Shown here one piece after another: positions 1-10,845 of a DNA stretch of 64,000 nucleotides (positions are counted from its first letter, which is position 1; every line of letters starts with the position of its first letter). Position numbers and translations under genes: made by a program. Under the pieces are notes generated by a model, which ran no database searches, was not told the origin of the DNA, and saw only the letters and a list, made by a program, of their open reading frames with translations. The DNA comes from an uncultured Acidobacteriota bacterium (GTDB taxonomy: Bacteria; Actinomycetota; Acidimicrobiia; Spongiisociales; ZC4RG35): the NCBI GenBank assembly GCA_963724825.1, contig CAVRWT010000006.1:66295-130294 (forward strand), in the 5' to 3' direction.

Positions 1-718
1 TTATGACCTTTCGCTCCGAGATCCCCTTGGAGCGGGCAGTCCGCATGTATTCGGAGTTCTTGACATCGAGCAATGAACTCCTCATGAACCGGCTGTAAAT
101 GGCGATGGTTTGGATGGCGATCACGGTGATCGGGAGGATCATGTGCTTGATCCGAAGCCAGAGGTCGAACTCTGTTTGGCCCGGCGGGTAGACCCCGGCC
201 ACGGGTAAGAAAGGTTTGTCTAGACCAAGCCACTGAGTGAGCAGGATCGCAAAGAACACCTGAAGCAGCACCGCCGTCACGAACGGCGGCATTGAAATCC
301 CGATGAAGGCTACCCCGGTGGCGGTCGTGTCGAACTTTGAGTACTGACGCAAGGCGGAGAGGATGCCGATACCCAACCCAAACGTGATCCCCACCACGAA
401 CGCCGAGAGACCTAACACCAGGCTGCGACCGAGGGCTTGCTTCAAGTCGGGCAGGACCGGGGTGTTTCCCTTGATCGAGTTCCCCCAATTGAGTGTGAAA
501 AAGTTGCCCAGCCAGCGGACGTACTGCTCGGGTGTGGAGCCAACGAGACCATTGGCTTCCTCGTAGGCGTGCACCATCTCAGGGGTGGCTCGGGGGTTGG
601 TGCGGAGAAAGCTCTGCACCGGGTCAGTAGCCGATTTCACTGCCCAAAAAGTGAGAAAGGTCACGATCAAGAGCACCGGGACTGCCCACGCGGTTCTGAC
701 GACTATGAACCTTGTCAT
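1..718 (-). CDS. ABC peptide-type transporter permease (DppB/OppB family), first 239 codons; 3' end lies outside the window
   Basis: My minus-strand translation from ATG 718..716 reads MTRFIVVRTAWAVPVLLIVTFLTFWAVKSATDP...RTARSKGISERKVI. By eye it is about three quarters identical to the permease at 18684-19665. It is missing from the ORF track because there is no stop inside the window. Confidence 0.85.
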   Translation of the reverse strand, partial: MTRFIVVRTAWAVPVLLIVTFLTFWAVKSATDPVQSFLRTNPRATPEMVHAYEEANGLVGSTPEQYVRWLGNFFTLNWGNSIKGNTPVLPDLKQALGRSLVLGLSAFVVGITFGLGIGILSALRQYSKFDTTATGVAFIGISMPPFVTAVLLQVFFAILLTQWLGLDKPFLPVAGVYPPGQTEFDLWLRIKHMILPITVIAIQTIAIYSRFMRSSLLDVKNSEYMRTARSKGISERKVI

Positions 719-838
719 CTCCCCTCGCCTTCGTGTGTAGGTGGTGCCAACAAACTAATCGTTGCTTCCGGGGCGAAGTGCCATGCAGAGGAGCTATTTA
801 CGCCCTTGCAAGCCGGCACGGGTAATTTCGGCCCGGAC

Positions 839-2445
839 ATGGACTCGTCCGCCGTCTCGACCGTCGCTCTCAAGGAACCTCGATCGATCCGGATCGGGGC
901 AAATCACTACCCCGTGGTCCTCCCCAGTCTTGCGGATCCCCGTCTGCACCTGGCGGCGGTGATCATCTCCATCCATGTGCTGGGACAGGTCGCCTTGGGC
1001 TTCAGGGTCTCGGTCCCTCAGATCCTGTCCGCGATCGTCACCTGTTTCGTCATCGAACTGGTTTGGACCTTCAAGCAGAGCGGCAAGCTGGTGTGGCCCG
1101 CGAGTGCCATGCTCACCGGCAGCGGGGTCGCTCTGATCCTTCGGGTCGTGGGCACCGAGCGGGGGGATCATTGGACCTGGTTCGGCTGGTACTACTTCGC
1201 AGCAATTGCCGGGATCTCCCTGCTCACCAAGTATCTCATCAGGTTCCGGGGCTCACACGTCTTCAACCCTTCCAATGTCGGTCTGGTGGCCGCTTTCCTG
1301 GTCTTGGGGAGCACAGTGATCGAACCACTCGACTTCTGGTGGGCGCCACTCGATGCATGGATGGCGGCCGCCTACATCATCATCATCACAGGCGGGCTGC
1401 TGATTACCGCCCGGCTCCACCTCCTGGCGATGGCAGCGACCTTCTGGGCAACCCTCGCTTTGGGTTTGGGGTTGCTTGCCGCCTCGGGACATTGCTTCAG
1501 CGCTTCGTGGTCCCTGCAACCGGTCTGCGGGGCCAACTTCTGGTGGGTGGTTATGGGATCTCCCGAGCTTCTCATCTTCCTCTTCTTCATGATCACCGAC
1601 CCCAAAACGATCCCGGCCCGAGCGACCGGTCGCATCGCCTTCGCCATCGGCCTGGCCGCCGTTTGCACGCTTCTCATGGCCCCTCAGGTCACCGAGTTCG
1701 GGACCAAGGTCGGGCTGCTGGCGGGTCTGGTGGTGATGAGCCCGCTCCGGCTCCTGTTCGACCGGGTGTTCCAGGAGGAGCCGAAGGTCAAGCATTCTCT
1801 TTCTCCGGCGCTCGTGACTCGCCTGACGAGCGTCAATGGAGGTGAAGCCCGGCCCCGGTTGGTGTTCCTGCGCGGCGCCTTCGTCGGTGCAGCCACCATG
1901 GCATTGGCTGTCGGGATCGTCGCCGCCGGGGCGCCGGCCCGTCAGGCGGCGCTTGCCGATGTCACAACCGAGGGGACCGTGTTCGACCCCGAAGTCGACC
2001 CGACGTCGATCCCTGTGGTGACCGAGGACCCGGAGGTCGCCGCATTGAAGACCGATATCACCACTCAGGAGATGGCTGTGGTTCTCGCCGAGAACCTGGC
2101 CATCGAAGGCCAGGCACTCAAGACACGTGACTCGAGCCTCCTTCCGCGCGGGTCGGGGGAGATCGGCTGGTCGGGACTTTGGCCAGGATCAATGACTCGG
2201 TGGCCACCGGAGAGGCAGTTGTCCCCCAATACCGGTTCGAGTCCCTCCATGCGGATGTCGCGAAGACCAAAGGGGGCCAGGGTGCGAGCATCGCATTCGA
2301 GGCCGATGGTGTCGTCGACGAAATCACCTACGACGCATTGGGCGTCGAGCGGGGACGGGTCAGCTCGCCGTTCCGCACCACATTCGTATTGAGCCAGGTC
2401 GCCGGGGACCGCTGGCTCCTACTCGAGGAACTGCCGCCTTCGTGA
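839..2445 (+). CDS. Polytopic membrane protein (NQR2/RnfD-like core, UnbU-like) with a C-terminal soluble domain; frame broken once near 2146-2152
   Basis: From ATG 839 (MDSSAV...), ORF 437-2392 is multi-TM with FNPSN and FFMITDPKT motifs. Its tail degenerates to Arg/Ser-rich sequence, while ORF 2179-2445 in the -1 phase carries a well-formed end (ARINDSVATGEAVVPQYRFESLHADV...). The span is 1607 nt (3n+2). The start codon is uncertain. Confidence 0.55.
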
Positions 2446-3641
2446 TGCGAGAGGAAATGGACACGAATCCGGTAGTCGAAATGATGGGCCGCCGGCTGCG
2501 CCTCGCCCTGATCGGCGGCGGGCCGGGGAGCTTCGTCGGTGCGACGCACCGAACCGCGGCCACCCTCGATGACCGATTCGAATTGGTGGCAGGAGCCATC
2601 GCTTCCGATCCGGCGCGGTCGCGGGCGGCCGGCATTGCGATTGGCCTCGACGCCGACCGCTCGTACGGGGACGGGCTCGAATTGTTGCGGGCCGAGGCGG
2701 CACGCGATGACGGCGCAGACGCGGTTGCGATCATGACTCCTAACGACACCCACCACGTGTTCTCCGCCGCCGCCCTTGATCTCGGGTTCGACGTGATCTG
2801 CGACAAACCGATCACCAACACCCTCGACGATGCGCTCGACCTGGTCTCCAGGGTGCGAGAGACAGGTCTCATCTTCTGCCTCACCCACAATTACACCGGG
2901 TATCCGATGGTCCGTCAGGCGCGAGCCATGGTCGCCGACGGCCAGCTTGGGGAGATTCGGCTGGTGCAGGTGGAGTACGTCCAGGGAGGCAAGGCGGCCG
3001 AGAACGACCCCGATCCCAACGATGGGCTGCCCTGGCGATATGACCCGGTCCGTGGTGGGCCATCGCTGGTGATGGGTGACATCGGAAGCCATGCCCACAA
3101 CCTGGCCCGATTCATCACCGGGATCGAGGTCTCAGAGGTCTCTGCTCAGATCGGGACCATCGTTCCCAATCGCCTCGTCCACGACTACGGAGCCGCGATG
3201 TTGCGCTTCGACAACGGCGCCCGGGGCAGCTTATGGGTGACTCAGGCGGCGGCAGGTGTCGAGAACTGCCTCCGGATTCGGGTCTCGGGGACCAAGGGCA
3301 CTCTCGAGTGGGAGCAGGAGAAGCCCACCGCCCTCGTCTTCAAGCCACTGATCGGGCCTGCCCAGACCAGGACCCCGAATGGGCCGGGCACCCTGCCGCT
3401 CTCGGCGCGGGGCACCAGGATCGTGTCCGGGCACCAGGATGGCTTTCACGAAGCGTTTGCCAACCTCTACACCGACGTGGCCGAGGCGATCGCGGCTAGG
3501 CGAAGCGGGATCAAACCCGATCCGTTGGCTCTCCACTTCCCCAACGAGGTGGATGGGGCGATCGGGATCAAGTTCGTCGACGCCGCCGTCGCCTCCAGCG
3601 CCCACGACGGCGCATGGACCCCTGCCCAGCTCGATCTCTAA
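2445..3641 (+). CDS. Gfo/Idh/MocA family NAD(P)-dependent oxidoreductase
   Basis: ORF 2442-3641 has the Rossmann N-terminus RLRLALIGGGPGSFVG and a typical Gfo/Idh/MocA C-terminal domain. ATG 2445 overlaps the upstream TGA (TGATG). Confidence 0.85.
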   Translation: MREEMDTNPVVEMMGRRLRLALIGGGPGSFVGATHRTAATLDDRFELVAGAIASDPARSRAAGIAIGLDADRSYGDGLELLRAEAARDDGADAVAIMTPNDTHHVFSAAALDLGFDVICDKPITNTLDDALDLVSRVRETGLIFCLTHNYTGYPMVRQARAMVADGQLGEIRLVQVEYVQGGKAAENDPDPNDGLPWRYDPVRGGPSLVMGDIGSHAHNLARFITGIEVSEVSAQIGTIVPNRLVHDYGAAMLRFDNGARGSLWVTQAAAGVENCLRIRVSGTKGTLEWEQEKPTALVFKPLIGPAQTRTPNGPGTLPLSARGTRIVSGHQDGFHEAFANLYTDVAEAIAARRSGIKPDPLALHFPNEVDGAIGIKFVDAAVASSAHDGAWTPAQLDL

Positions 3642-5014
3642 GGGGCGACTGTCATCGCCCGATCCGGGCTGAGCAGGAACGGGGGGAGATAGGCCGGGAT
3701 GTTGGAGAACGGCAACACGTCGGGGTGCAAGTCGATGCCCAGGTTGTTGGCCATGAAATCTCGTCGTGCCCGAGTCCTCGCCCAGGCCTCCGGAAAGCGC
3801 TGGGAGAACGCAGCTCGCATGCTCTCGTCGGCGAGGGCGATGCCATCCTCGATGTTGGTGGTGAAGTAGTCGGTGCCGGTGGCCGGGATGATGTCGACCT
3901 GGAAGGCCATCCCCGACCGCGTTTCGACTTGCGAGCCGGGGCCGATCGGCGAGTTGACCCATTCGTCGAGGTGGATTTGATGACCCGGATTGAGGAAGAT
4001 CCCGAAGAAAGGGTCACCCAGGTGACGGTCGATGATCTCCTGGAACACCCCGCCCTGTTGGCCGATTCGCATCGCCGCATACCACTCGGCCACGGCTTCG
4101 AAATATGGGCCGACGAGTCGGTCGACGTAATCACTGATCTCTTCGGGCAGTTCGCCTGCATCCTCGACGACGAACCCGGCCCGACAGTTCAAGGCTCCCC
4201 ATATCCCGAAGGCGACAGTGAACCGATCTCCCCGCCCGATCGGGCGATCGCCCGGGCTCAGCAAGCCGAGGGACGCTCGTGGCCCAGCGGTGAGCATGAG
4301 GTGACAGGAGAGGGGCATCCCGTTCCACTCGAGAAGCCGGACCGCCTCCTGCTCGGTCATGCCTGGCTCCAAACCGAGCAGCAGGCGTCGCACGCCATTG
4401 GAGGTCTGGCAGGCCGCATATTCGAGGGCGGCAAGCTGCTCGACTTCGTTGATGACCCTCAACCCGTCCCCGGCGCCGATCAGAAGGTCATTGGCATTCT
4501 CCACGGTCCCGGTGGGACCGGTGAGCCGGCGCACGACATCGACGAGGAACGCGGGAACTTCCATCAGCTCGCGGTCGGAGTAGCTCTTCCAGCCAATCAT
4601 TCCCACATGGCTTCCGCGATGGATGCCCTCGTCAGCCAGGATCTCAGGCAACGGCTGTGAGCGGTGCCTGGGCTGGCCGGGGAGGCTGAGATCCTGATAC
4701 AGGTGCCGGCGCATAGTCAGCGGCGCCGCCCCGGCCATGCCGTAGCACTCGTTGCCGACGAGGATCGCCGGGTCGTCCGCTGGCCCCACGATCAAGACTG
4801 CCTCTTCGAAACGGGGGTCGAATCCTGTCAGATAGGAGAGATTGGCGCTGTGCTCGCGGTCGGCGTAGACGATCAAATGGTCATAGCCGCGCTCCAGGGC
4901 CCGTTCCCGGAGACTGGCCAGCCGATCCACATAGATCTGCGAAGGGATCTCGGGCATCGTCTCCGGCATCCCGAAGTCGGGAAGGGCGATCTCGGCGAGA
5001 CGTGCTCCGGTCAT
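3638..5014 (-). CDS. M24 family metallopeptidase-like protein (creatinase/Xaa-Pro aminopeptidase fold)
   Basis: ORF 3638-5083; the likely start is MTGARLAEIALPDFG at 5014, one base after the corrected stop of the upstream gene. It has a creatinase-like N-domain (YDHLIVYADREHSANLSYLTGF) and a pita-bread C-domain (FLNPGHQIHLDEW, FQVDIIP). Confidence 0.7.
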   Translation of the reverse strand: MTGARLAEIALPDFGMPETMPEIPSQIYVDRLASLRERALERGYDHLIVYADREHSANLSYLTGFDPRFEEAVLIVGPADDPAILVGNECYGMAGAAPLTMRRHLYQDLSLPGQPRHRSQPLPEILADEGIHRGSHVGMIGWKSYSDRELMEVPAFLVDVVRRLTGPTGTVENANDLLIGAGDGLRVINEVEQLAALEYAACQTSNGVRRLLLGLEPGMTEQEAVRLLEWNGMPLSCHLMLTAGPRASLGLLSPGDRPIGRGDRFTVAFGIWGALNCRAGFVVEDAGELPEEISDYVDRLVGPYFEAVAEWYAAMRIGQQGGVFQEIIDRHLGDPFFGIFLNPGHQIHLDEWVNSPIGPGSQVETRSGMAFQVDIIPATGTDYFTTNIEDGIALADESMRAAFSQRFPEAWARTRARRDFMANNLGIDLHPDVLPFSNIPAYLPPFLLSPDRAMTVAP

Positions 5015-5015
5015 G

Positions 5016-6714
5016 TCATTCCTGAGGCTGCCAGGGCCGAGCTTCTGAGTCGTCCCGGTCGATAGTGAGGAACTGGTTGGCATCGACGGTCATCCACGGC
5101 CCCTTTTCCCCATCGGGCCATTGAACGCGGATCTCCGCTTCTTGCGCGGCCCCAAGCCCGAAGTGAACCCAACCCAACTGCCCGCCGGCATGCCCACCTC
5201 CGATCGTCAGCTCGCGTTCCGTGGTCTGACTCCCGGCCTTGACCTCGATCCAGGAACCGATGGCGTCGCGATTCGGTCCCGGCTGCGTGAGTATCGAGAG
5301 CTACCCAGTTGCCGAGTGGCGCCGGTCCCCCGGCATCTCCGGATCCGACATTGCGCCAGAGGCTGACGTTCTCTCTTCGGTTCACTTCGACCAAATCGAG
5401 GAGGCCGTCCATGTTGAAATCGGCGAGGGCGGCGCCGCGACCCCGGGCGAAGTTGACGATTCCGGCGTCATCGGCGCCCTCGGTGAACGTCCCGTCAGGG
5501 CCCCCCAGCATCAAGTTGCTCGGGTCATCCGCTGCGAACTCGGCCATCGATTCGACGTTGCCCTTGGTCACCAACAGGTCGATGAAGGTGTCGTTGTTCA
5601 CGTCCTGAAACTCGGCGTGCCAGGCAGTCGACGGCAGAAGTGTGTCGTCGCCGGTGAACGGTCGGTGGGCATTGGCATCACGGTCCAATGCGATGTCTAT
5701 GTAGTTCGGTTGATCGGGACCGTCGGCCAGGGTCTGCAGCTTGTTGTCCCCTTGGCTGGTCAGGAACACCTCGGGGAACCCGTCACCGGTGAGGTCATAG
5801 CTGGCGATCCCCATGCCCCAGATGCTCATCTTCTGCCAGCCGTCTTGTCGGGTATAGGGGCGAGGCGCCTCGCCCGCAGCCACCCGCCACAACTGCTCTT
5901 CGCCGTCGCGGTAGTAGTGGCGGTCATTGGTCATGCGCAGGTCGCGGCGACCGGAGCGGTCCCAGTCACTGAACAAGACGGACAGAGTGCACCATCCCGG
6001 GGAAAGCGTGATCGGCGGTCCATAGATCGAGTCATCGGCCGGCCTCATCATGACGCTGTCCGAGCAGCCCTCGCGGTCCCCGGTCTCGGACAGTTTCACG
6101 TAGTTGCCAAATGCCAGCGTGGGTAGGGACGCCTGCCCTTCCCACTGCGCGCTGAAGGCGGTGGTCCATTCGTCGCCACCGTCGATGGCCCAAGCCTCGT
6201 TTGCTTGTTCGAAGCGGCAGTCACCGAGACCACGGAGCATCACGTTCTCACCGACCCGCAAAACGGCGAGGTCGACGATTCCATCTCCGTCCACGTCGAG
6301 CGGGTAGGCCCCGACCACCGAAGTCAGGTCGGTGGTTGGGGCAGTCACCTGCTCGAACCGAAGCTCACCCGCGGTAGGGCTCTGATTCACGAACAACGAA
6401 GCCGGGTTGTCCCCACCGGCTAAATAGAGGTCGGGCCGCTGGTCCTGGTTGCAGTCGAATACGGCGACCCCGCCCCCGACGAAGAACGCGAACTCCCCGT
6501 CGTACACATGGTTGACACCGGCCGCAGCCGACTGCTCGACGAAGTGCGGTGCGGTCAGGGCATCCGGCGGACCGCTCGCGTCGACGATCACCCGGACCAA
6601 GGCCAGAACCCCAACCACGACCAAGGATCCCGCCACGACGCCAGCCGCCAACCACACGTTTGGGGAGATGCGTCGGCTCGAATCGACCTTGGATCCTGAT
6701 TTCAAGTTCGTCAT
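5016..6714 (-). CDS. Membrane-anchored FG-GAP/VCBS repeat protein with ASPIC/UnbV C-terminal domain (CRTAC1 family); one frameshift near 5292
   Basis: ORF 5011-6714 has an N-terminal TM helix and repeated DxDGDG/FG-GAP-like segments (DVDGDGIVDL, DLTGDGFPEV, DFNMDGLLDL). After GNWVAL the frame becomes nonsense. The +1 frame reads LTQPGPNRDAIGSWIEVKAGSQTTERELTIGGGHAGGQLGWVHFGLG...WQPQE and stops at 5016-5018. Length is 1699 nt (3n+1). Confidence 0.7.
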
Positions 6715-6804
6715 GGATTTGGTGAATTGCGTCGAGCAGGTGTGGCTACAGTACGACGGTCCCGTTCGGGGACATCATCCAGAGGAGGAAGGAAACTAAA
6801 TCTG

Positions 6805-7905
6805 ATGACGAAACGAGTCATTGCGCTGATTGCAGTGCTGATGCTCATTCTCGCCGCCTGTGGCGGCGATGAGGGCACCAGCTCGACGACTGCAGCCGGC
6901 GATGGCACCACGGTGGCTGGCGGCGGCGATTGCACCGTCGGCATGTCGTGGAACAACTACAACGAAGAGAGATGGGCCAAGCATGATGAGCCCGCAATCC
7001 AGGCCGCTCTAGAGGCCGGCGGTTGCGACTACATCTCCGCAGACGCCGGGTCATCCGAGGAGCAGCAGATCACTGACGTGGAGAAGCTGATCTCTGATGG
7101 TGCCGACGTGGTCATCATCCTGGCTCAGAACACGCAAGCGATCCTCCCCGCGGTCGAAGCCGCTACGGCTGAAGGTATCCCCGTGATTGCCTATGACCGT
7201 TTGATCGAGGATGCGAACACCTTCTACGTCAGCTTCGACAACGTCCTCGTGGGCAAGTTGATGGCGGAAGTCATCTACGGCCTGGTGCCGACCGGCAACT
7301 ACATCATCGTCAAGGGCAATGGCTCCGACGCCAACTCTGACTTCCTCCGTGAGGGAATCGAGTCGGTCATTGGTGATGCGGTTGCGGCAGGCGACATCAC
7401 AATCTGCTGTGAGGACTACACCGACAACTGGGATCCCGCCCTCGCGCAGACTGCTGTTGAGCAGTGGCTGACGCAGGAGAACAACGAGGTCGACGCTGTG
7501 GTGTCCGAGAACGACGGAATGGCGACTGGCGCCGCCGCCGCCCTCGCGGCTCAGGGTCTCAGCATCCCGTTGTCAGGTCAGGACGCAGACGTCGCGGCCC
7601 TCAACCGGGTGGCGTTGGGAACGCAGTCGGTGTCGGTGTGGAAGGACGCTCGTGAGCTGGGCAAGGCTGCCGGCACGGCTGCCGTTGCTTTGGCTGCGAA
7701 CCCATCGCTGGCGGATGTCGCAGGCACGGCTGAGTTCGTCTACACGAACAAGACGTCGGGCGTGGAGACCAAGCTGACCAGCGTCCTGCTGACCCCGATC
7801 CCGATCACCCAGGAGAACCTCAACCTGGTTGTCGACGCCAACTGGATCACGGCTGACGAGCTCTGCGCCGGTGTCACCGCCGGAAGCGTGGCTGCCTGTC
7901 CGTGA
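6805..7905 (+). CDS. xylF: D-xylose-type ABC transporter substrate-binding lipoprotein
   Basis: ORF 6727-7905; start at ATG 6805 after a GGAGGAAGG SD. It has a lipobox (LILAACGG). Strong resemblance to XylF blocks (ERW, AYDRLIEDA..FYVSFDN..VG, TGNY, SGQDADVAAL, GTQSVSVWK). Confidence 0.8.
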   Translation: MTKRVIALIAVLMLILAACGGDEGTSSTTAAGDGTTVAGGGDCTVGMSWNNYNEERWAKHDEPAIQAALEAGGCDYISADAGSSEEQQITDVEKLISDGADVVIILAQNTQAILPAVEAATAEGIPVIAYDRLIEDANTFYVSFDNVLVGKLMAEVIYGLVPTGNYIIVKGNGSDANSDFLREGIESVIGDAVAAGDITICCEDYTDNWDPALAQTAVEQWLTQENNEVDAVVSENDGMATGAAAALAAQGLSIPLSGQDADVAALNRVALGTQSVSVWKDARELGKAAGTAAVALAANPSLADVAGTAEFVYTNKTSGVETKLTSVLLTPIPITQENLNLVVDANWITADELCAGVTAGSVAACP

Positions 7906-7936
7906 TATTCGACGACTGAAGCGATATCAATGGTGC

Positions 7937-7968
7937 ATTGCGCCCCCGGATTTCTCCGGGGGCGCAAT
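7937..7968 (+). terminator. Perfect 14-bp GC-rich hairpin between the SBP and permease genes (intercistronic attenuator or mRNA stabiliser)
   Basis: ATTGCGCCCCCGGA-tttc-TCCGGGGGCGCAAT, read directly. It lies between the xylF stop (7905) and the xylH start (7998). Confidence 0.5.
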
Positions 7969-7997
7969 GCGACCGCCTTCTCTAATGTGGTGAACTC

Positions 7998-9320
7998 ATG
8001 AGCGTGGTAGAGGCTGCCCCGTCCCAGCTGGAGACCCTGGAACCAGGTTCACGCAGGTCAGTTGGCTCCTTCCTGCGAGACAACGAGATCGACACCCGCA
8101 TGGTCGGGATGACTCTCATCCTCCTGGTGATCTGGGTCCTCTTTCACATCTTGTCGGGCGGAACCTTCCTCACCCCCCGCAACCTGTGGAACCTCTCGGT
8201 GCAGACTTCTTCGATTGCGATCATGGCCACCGGGATGGTGCTGGTGATCGTCTCCCGCAATATCGACCTCTCGGTGGGCTCGATGGTGGGCGTGGTCGGC
8301 ATGGTGATGGCCATCCTCCAATTCGAGTGGCTACCGCCCGTGTTGGGTCTCGGCAATCAGTGGATCTGGATCATCACACTCGCTGCCGGACTGGCTCTTG
8401 GGGCGCTGATCGGCGCCTTCCAGGGTTCGCTCATCGCCTATCTCGGGGTTCCGTCGTTCATCGTGACCCTGGGTGGATTGCTGGTATGGCGTGGGTTTGC
8501 CTGGCTGACCGCCAGCGGCCGGACTCTCGCCCCCATGGACGCCACTTTCCAACTCCTCGGGGGTGGGTCCCGCGGGTCGCTCGGTGAAACCGGAAGTTGG
8601 ATCGTTGGCGGGGTCGCGTGTATCGGAATCGTCGCCTTTCTCGTCGTGGGACGACGTCGTCGTCGCAAGTTCGGCTTCCACGTCAGGCCGATGTGGTTGG
8701 ATGCCGCTCTCGGTGTGATCGGCTGTGTGGTGGTGCTCGCCGCGGTATGGGTCACCAACAGCTACTACCTGCCCGAGAACCTCGCTCGGGCGGTCGCCGA
8801 GGAAAGGGGCATACCCTGGCCCGAGGGTGGTCTCCAGATCCCGCTCGGCATTCCCTATCCGGTCCTCATCCTCATCGGAGTCACATTGGTCATGAGCTTT
8901 GTCGCCAACCGGCTCCGCTTCGGGCGATACATCTTCTCGATTGGGGGCAATCCCGAGGCCGCGGTCCTGGCTGGAATCAAGACCAAGCGCACCATCGTCA
9001 GAACCTTCATGACCATGGGAATCCTCGTCGGGATCTCAGCCGCGGTCTCAATCGCCCGCCTCAATGCCGCGGTCAGCGGTCTTGGCACCCTGAATGAGCT
9101 CTATGTGATTGCGGCGGCGGTCGTCGGGGGCGCCTCCTTGGCTGGAGGGATCGGCACCATTCCCGGAGCCATCATCGGAGCCCTGGTCATGCAATCGCTC
9201 CAGTCCGGGATGGTGTCTCTCAAGGTCAGCGCTCCCGTGCAGGACGTGGTACTCGGGATCGTTCTCGTGACCGCAGTCGCAATCGACACCACCTTCCGGA
9301 GAAGGGCAGCCCAACGATGA
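7998..9320 (+). CDS. xylH: Xylose-type (CUT2) ABC transporter permease
   Basis: A 440-aa multi-TM ORF with the CUT2 permease signature ([16 protein letters not shown]). It sits directly between xylF and an ABC ATPase. Confidence 0.8.
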   Translation: MSVVEAAPSQLETLEPGSRRSVGSFLRDNEIDTRMVGMTLILLVIWVLFHILSGGTFLTPRNLWNLSVQTSSIAIMATGMVLVIVSRNIDLSVGSMVGVVGMVMAILQFEWLPPVLGLGNQWIWIITLAAGLALGALIGAFQGSLIAYLGVPSFIVTLGGLLVWRGFAWLTASGRTLAPMDATFQLLGGGSRGSLGETGSWIVGGVACIGIVAFLVVGRRRRRKFGFHVRPMWLDAALGVIGCVVVLAAVWVTNSYYLPENLARAVAEERGIPWPEGGLQIPLGIPYPVLILIGVTLVMSFVANRLRFGRYIFSIGGNPEAAVLAGIKTKRTIVRTFMTMGILVGISAAVSIARLNAAVSGLGTLNELYVIAAAVVGGASLAGGIGTIPGAIIGALVMQSLQSGMVSLKVSAPVQDVVLGIVLVTAVAIDTTFRRRAAQR

Positions 9321-10111
9321 CAACCCCCTCAGCCCCAAAACCACCACTCGTAGAGATGAGGAACATGAGTGTTTCCTTCGGTGGGGTTCATGCGGTCAAG
9401 GATGTCACCATCACTCTCCGAGAAGGTGAAGTGCTCGGAGTAGTGGGGGGCAACGGAGCCGGCAAGTCGACCCTGATCAAGGTCTTGGCCGGTGCCCAGA
9501 AGGCCGACTCCGGTGAGATCTTCATCGACGGTGAGCCGGTGACCATCCACAGTCCACGCGACGCCAAGAATCTGGGGATCGAGACCATCTATCAGACCCT
9601 GGCCCTGGCCGACAACATCGACGCTCCGGGCAACATGTTCCTCGGCAGGGAGCTGACCACACGTTGGAACACCCTCGACGACTCCTCGATGGAGGCTGCC
9701 ACTCGGGAGATAATGGGGCGCCTCAATCCGAAGTTCCAAAACTTCAAGACGCCGGTTGCCTCACTCTCCGGTGGTCAGCGCCAGTCGGTCGCCATCGCCC
9801 GGGCCGTTCATTTCAACGCCAGGATCTTGATCATGGACGAGCCGACCGCGGCTCTGGGCCCGGCCGAGACCGAGCAGGTGCGAGAGTTGATCCGCCAACT
9901 GCAACGCGAGGGAATCGGGATCATCATGATCAGCCACGACATTCACGACGTGTTCGACCTGTCCGACCGGATCAGCGTCATGCTCCAGGGAAAGCTGGTG
10001 GGGACGGTGAACCGGGGTGAATGCACGATGGACGAGATCCTGGCCATGATCATCATCGGCAAGCTGCCAGACGAGGTCACCACCAAGGAGTTGGAACAAC
10101 TCCACGGTTGA
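9317..10111 (+). CDS. Sugar ABC transporter ATP-binding protein (single NBD)
   Basis: Walker [10 protein letters not shown], signature LSGGQRQ, Walker B ILIMDEPT. There is a 4-nt overlap with the permease gene. Confidence 0.85.
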   Translation: MTTPSAPKPPLVEMRNMSVSFGGVHAVKDVTITLREGEVLGVVGGNGAGKSTLIKVLAGAQKADSGEIFIDGEPVTIHSPRDAKNLGIETIYQTLALADNIDAPGNMFLGRELTTRWNTLDDSSMEAATREIMGRLNPKFQNFKTPVASLSGGQRQSVAIARAVHFNARILIMDEPTAALGPAETEQVRELIRQLQREGIGIIMISHDIHDVFDLSDRISVMLQGKLVGTVNRGECTMDEILAMIIIGKLPDEVTTKELEQLHG

Positions 10112-10133
10112 CCGCTGAGAGTTGGAGGTATTC

Positions 10134-10841
10134 GTGAGCATTCTTGAAGGAAGAGTCGCGCTCATCACCGGAGCGAGCAGAGGCATCGGCGCCGCGGTGG
10201 CCCATGGGCTGGTCGCTCAGGGAGCCAGGGTCGCCTTAGCCTCCAGGAGCGGTGACAACCTCGGGATCGAGGACGCGGTTGCCCAGCCATGTGATGTGCG
10301 GGATCCTGCCGCTCTCGATTCCATCGTGGCCGAGACCGTCGACCGCTTTGGACAGCTGGACATCCTGGTCGCCAACGCCGGTGTTGGCGCCTACGGGTCC
10401 TTCCTCGATCTGGACCCCGAACATCTCGAGGAGATGATCGATGTCAATCTCAAGGGGACTCTCTACGCGGTGCGTGCCGCCCTTCCCCACATGTTGAAGA
10501 GCGACGCGGCCGACATCATCACCCTCGCCAGCGAAGCCGGCCGGCGTGGGGTTCCCTACGAGGCGGTGTATTGCGCTTCCAAATTCGGGCAGGTCGGATT
10601 CACCCGAGCCATGGATCACGAGCTGCGCGAAAAGGGTGTGCGTTGCACCAACGTCTGCCCCGGTGGTGTGGCGACCGACTTTGCCATGGGCCGGGGCCGG
10701 ACCCCAGACATGCCCGAACTGGATGGGATGATGACATCAGAAGACGTTGCCGAGATGGTGCTCTTCGTCCTCACCCGCCCCCGCAACCACCGCATCTTGG
10801 AGGTTGCGATGCGCCCGGTGACCGAGACCTCCTGGGGCTGA
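10134..10841 (+). CDS. SDR family oxidoreductase
   Basis: ORF 10122-10841 has TGASRGIG, NAG and YCASK motifs. GTG 10134 sits 5 nt after a GGAGG and is the preferred start. Confidence 0.8.
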   Translation: MSILEGRVALITGASRGIGAAVAHGLVAQGARVALASRSGDNLGIEDAVAQPCDVRDPAALDSIVAETVDRFGQLDILVANAGVGAYGSFLDLDPEHLEEMIDVNLKGTLYAVRAALPHMLKSDAADIITLASEAGRRGVPYEAVYCASKFGQVGFTRAMDHELREKGVRCTNVCPGGVATDFAMGRGRTPDMPELDGMMTSEDVAEMVLFVLTRPRNHRILEVAMRPVTETSWG

Positions 10842-10845
10842 GACC

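Noticed and set aside
437-838. N-terminal 134 codons of ORF 437-2392
   Set aside because: This part overlaps the minus-strand permease gene (1-718) and translates to non-protein-like sequence. The membrane protein plausibly starts at ATG 839.
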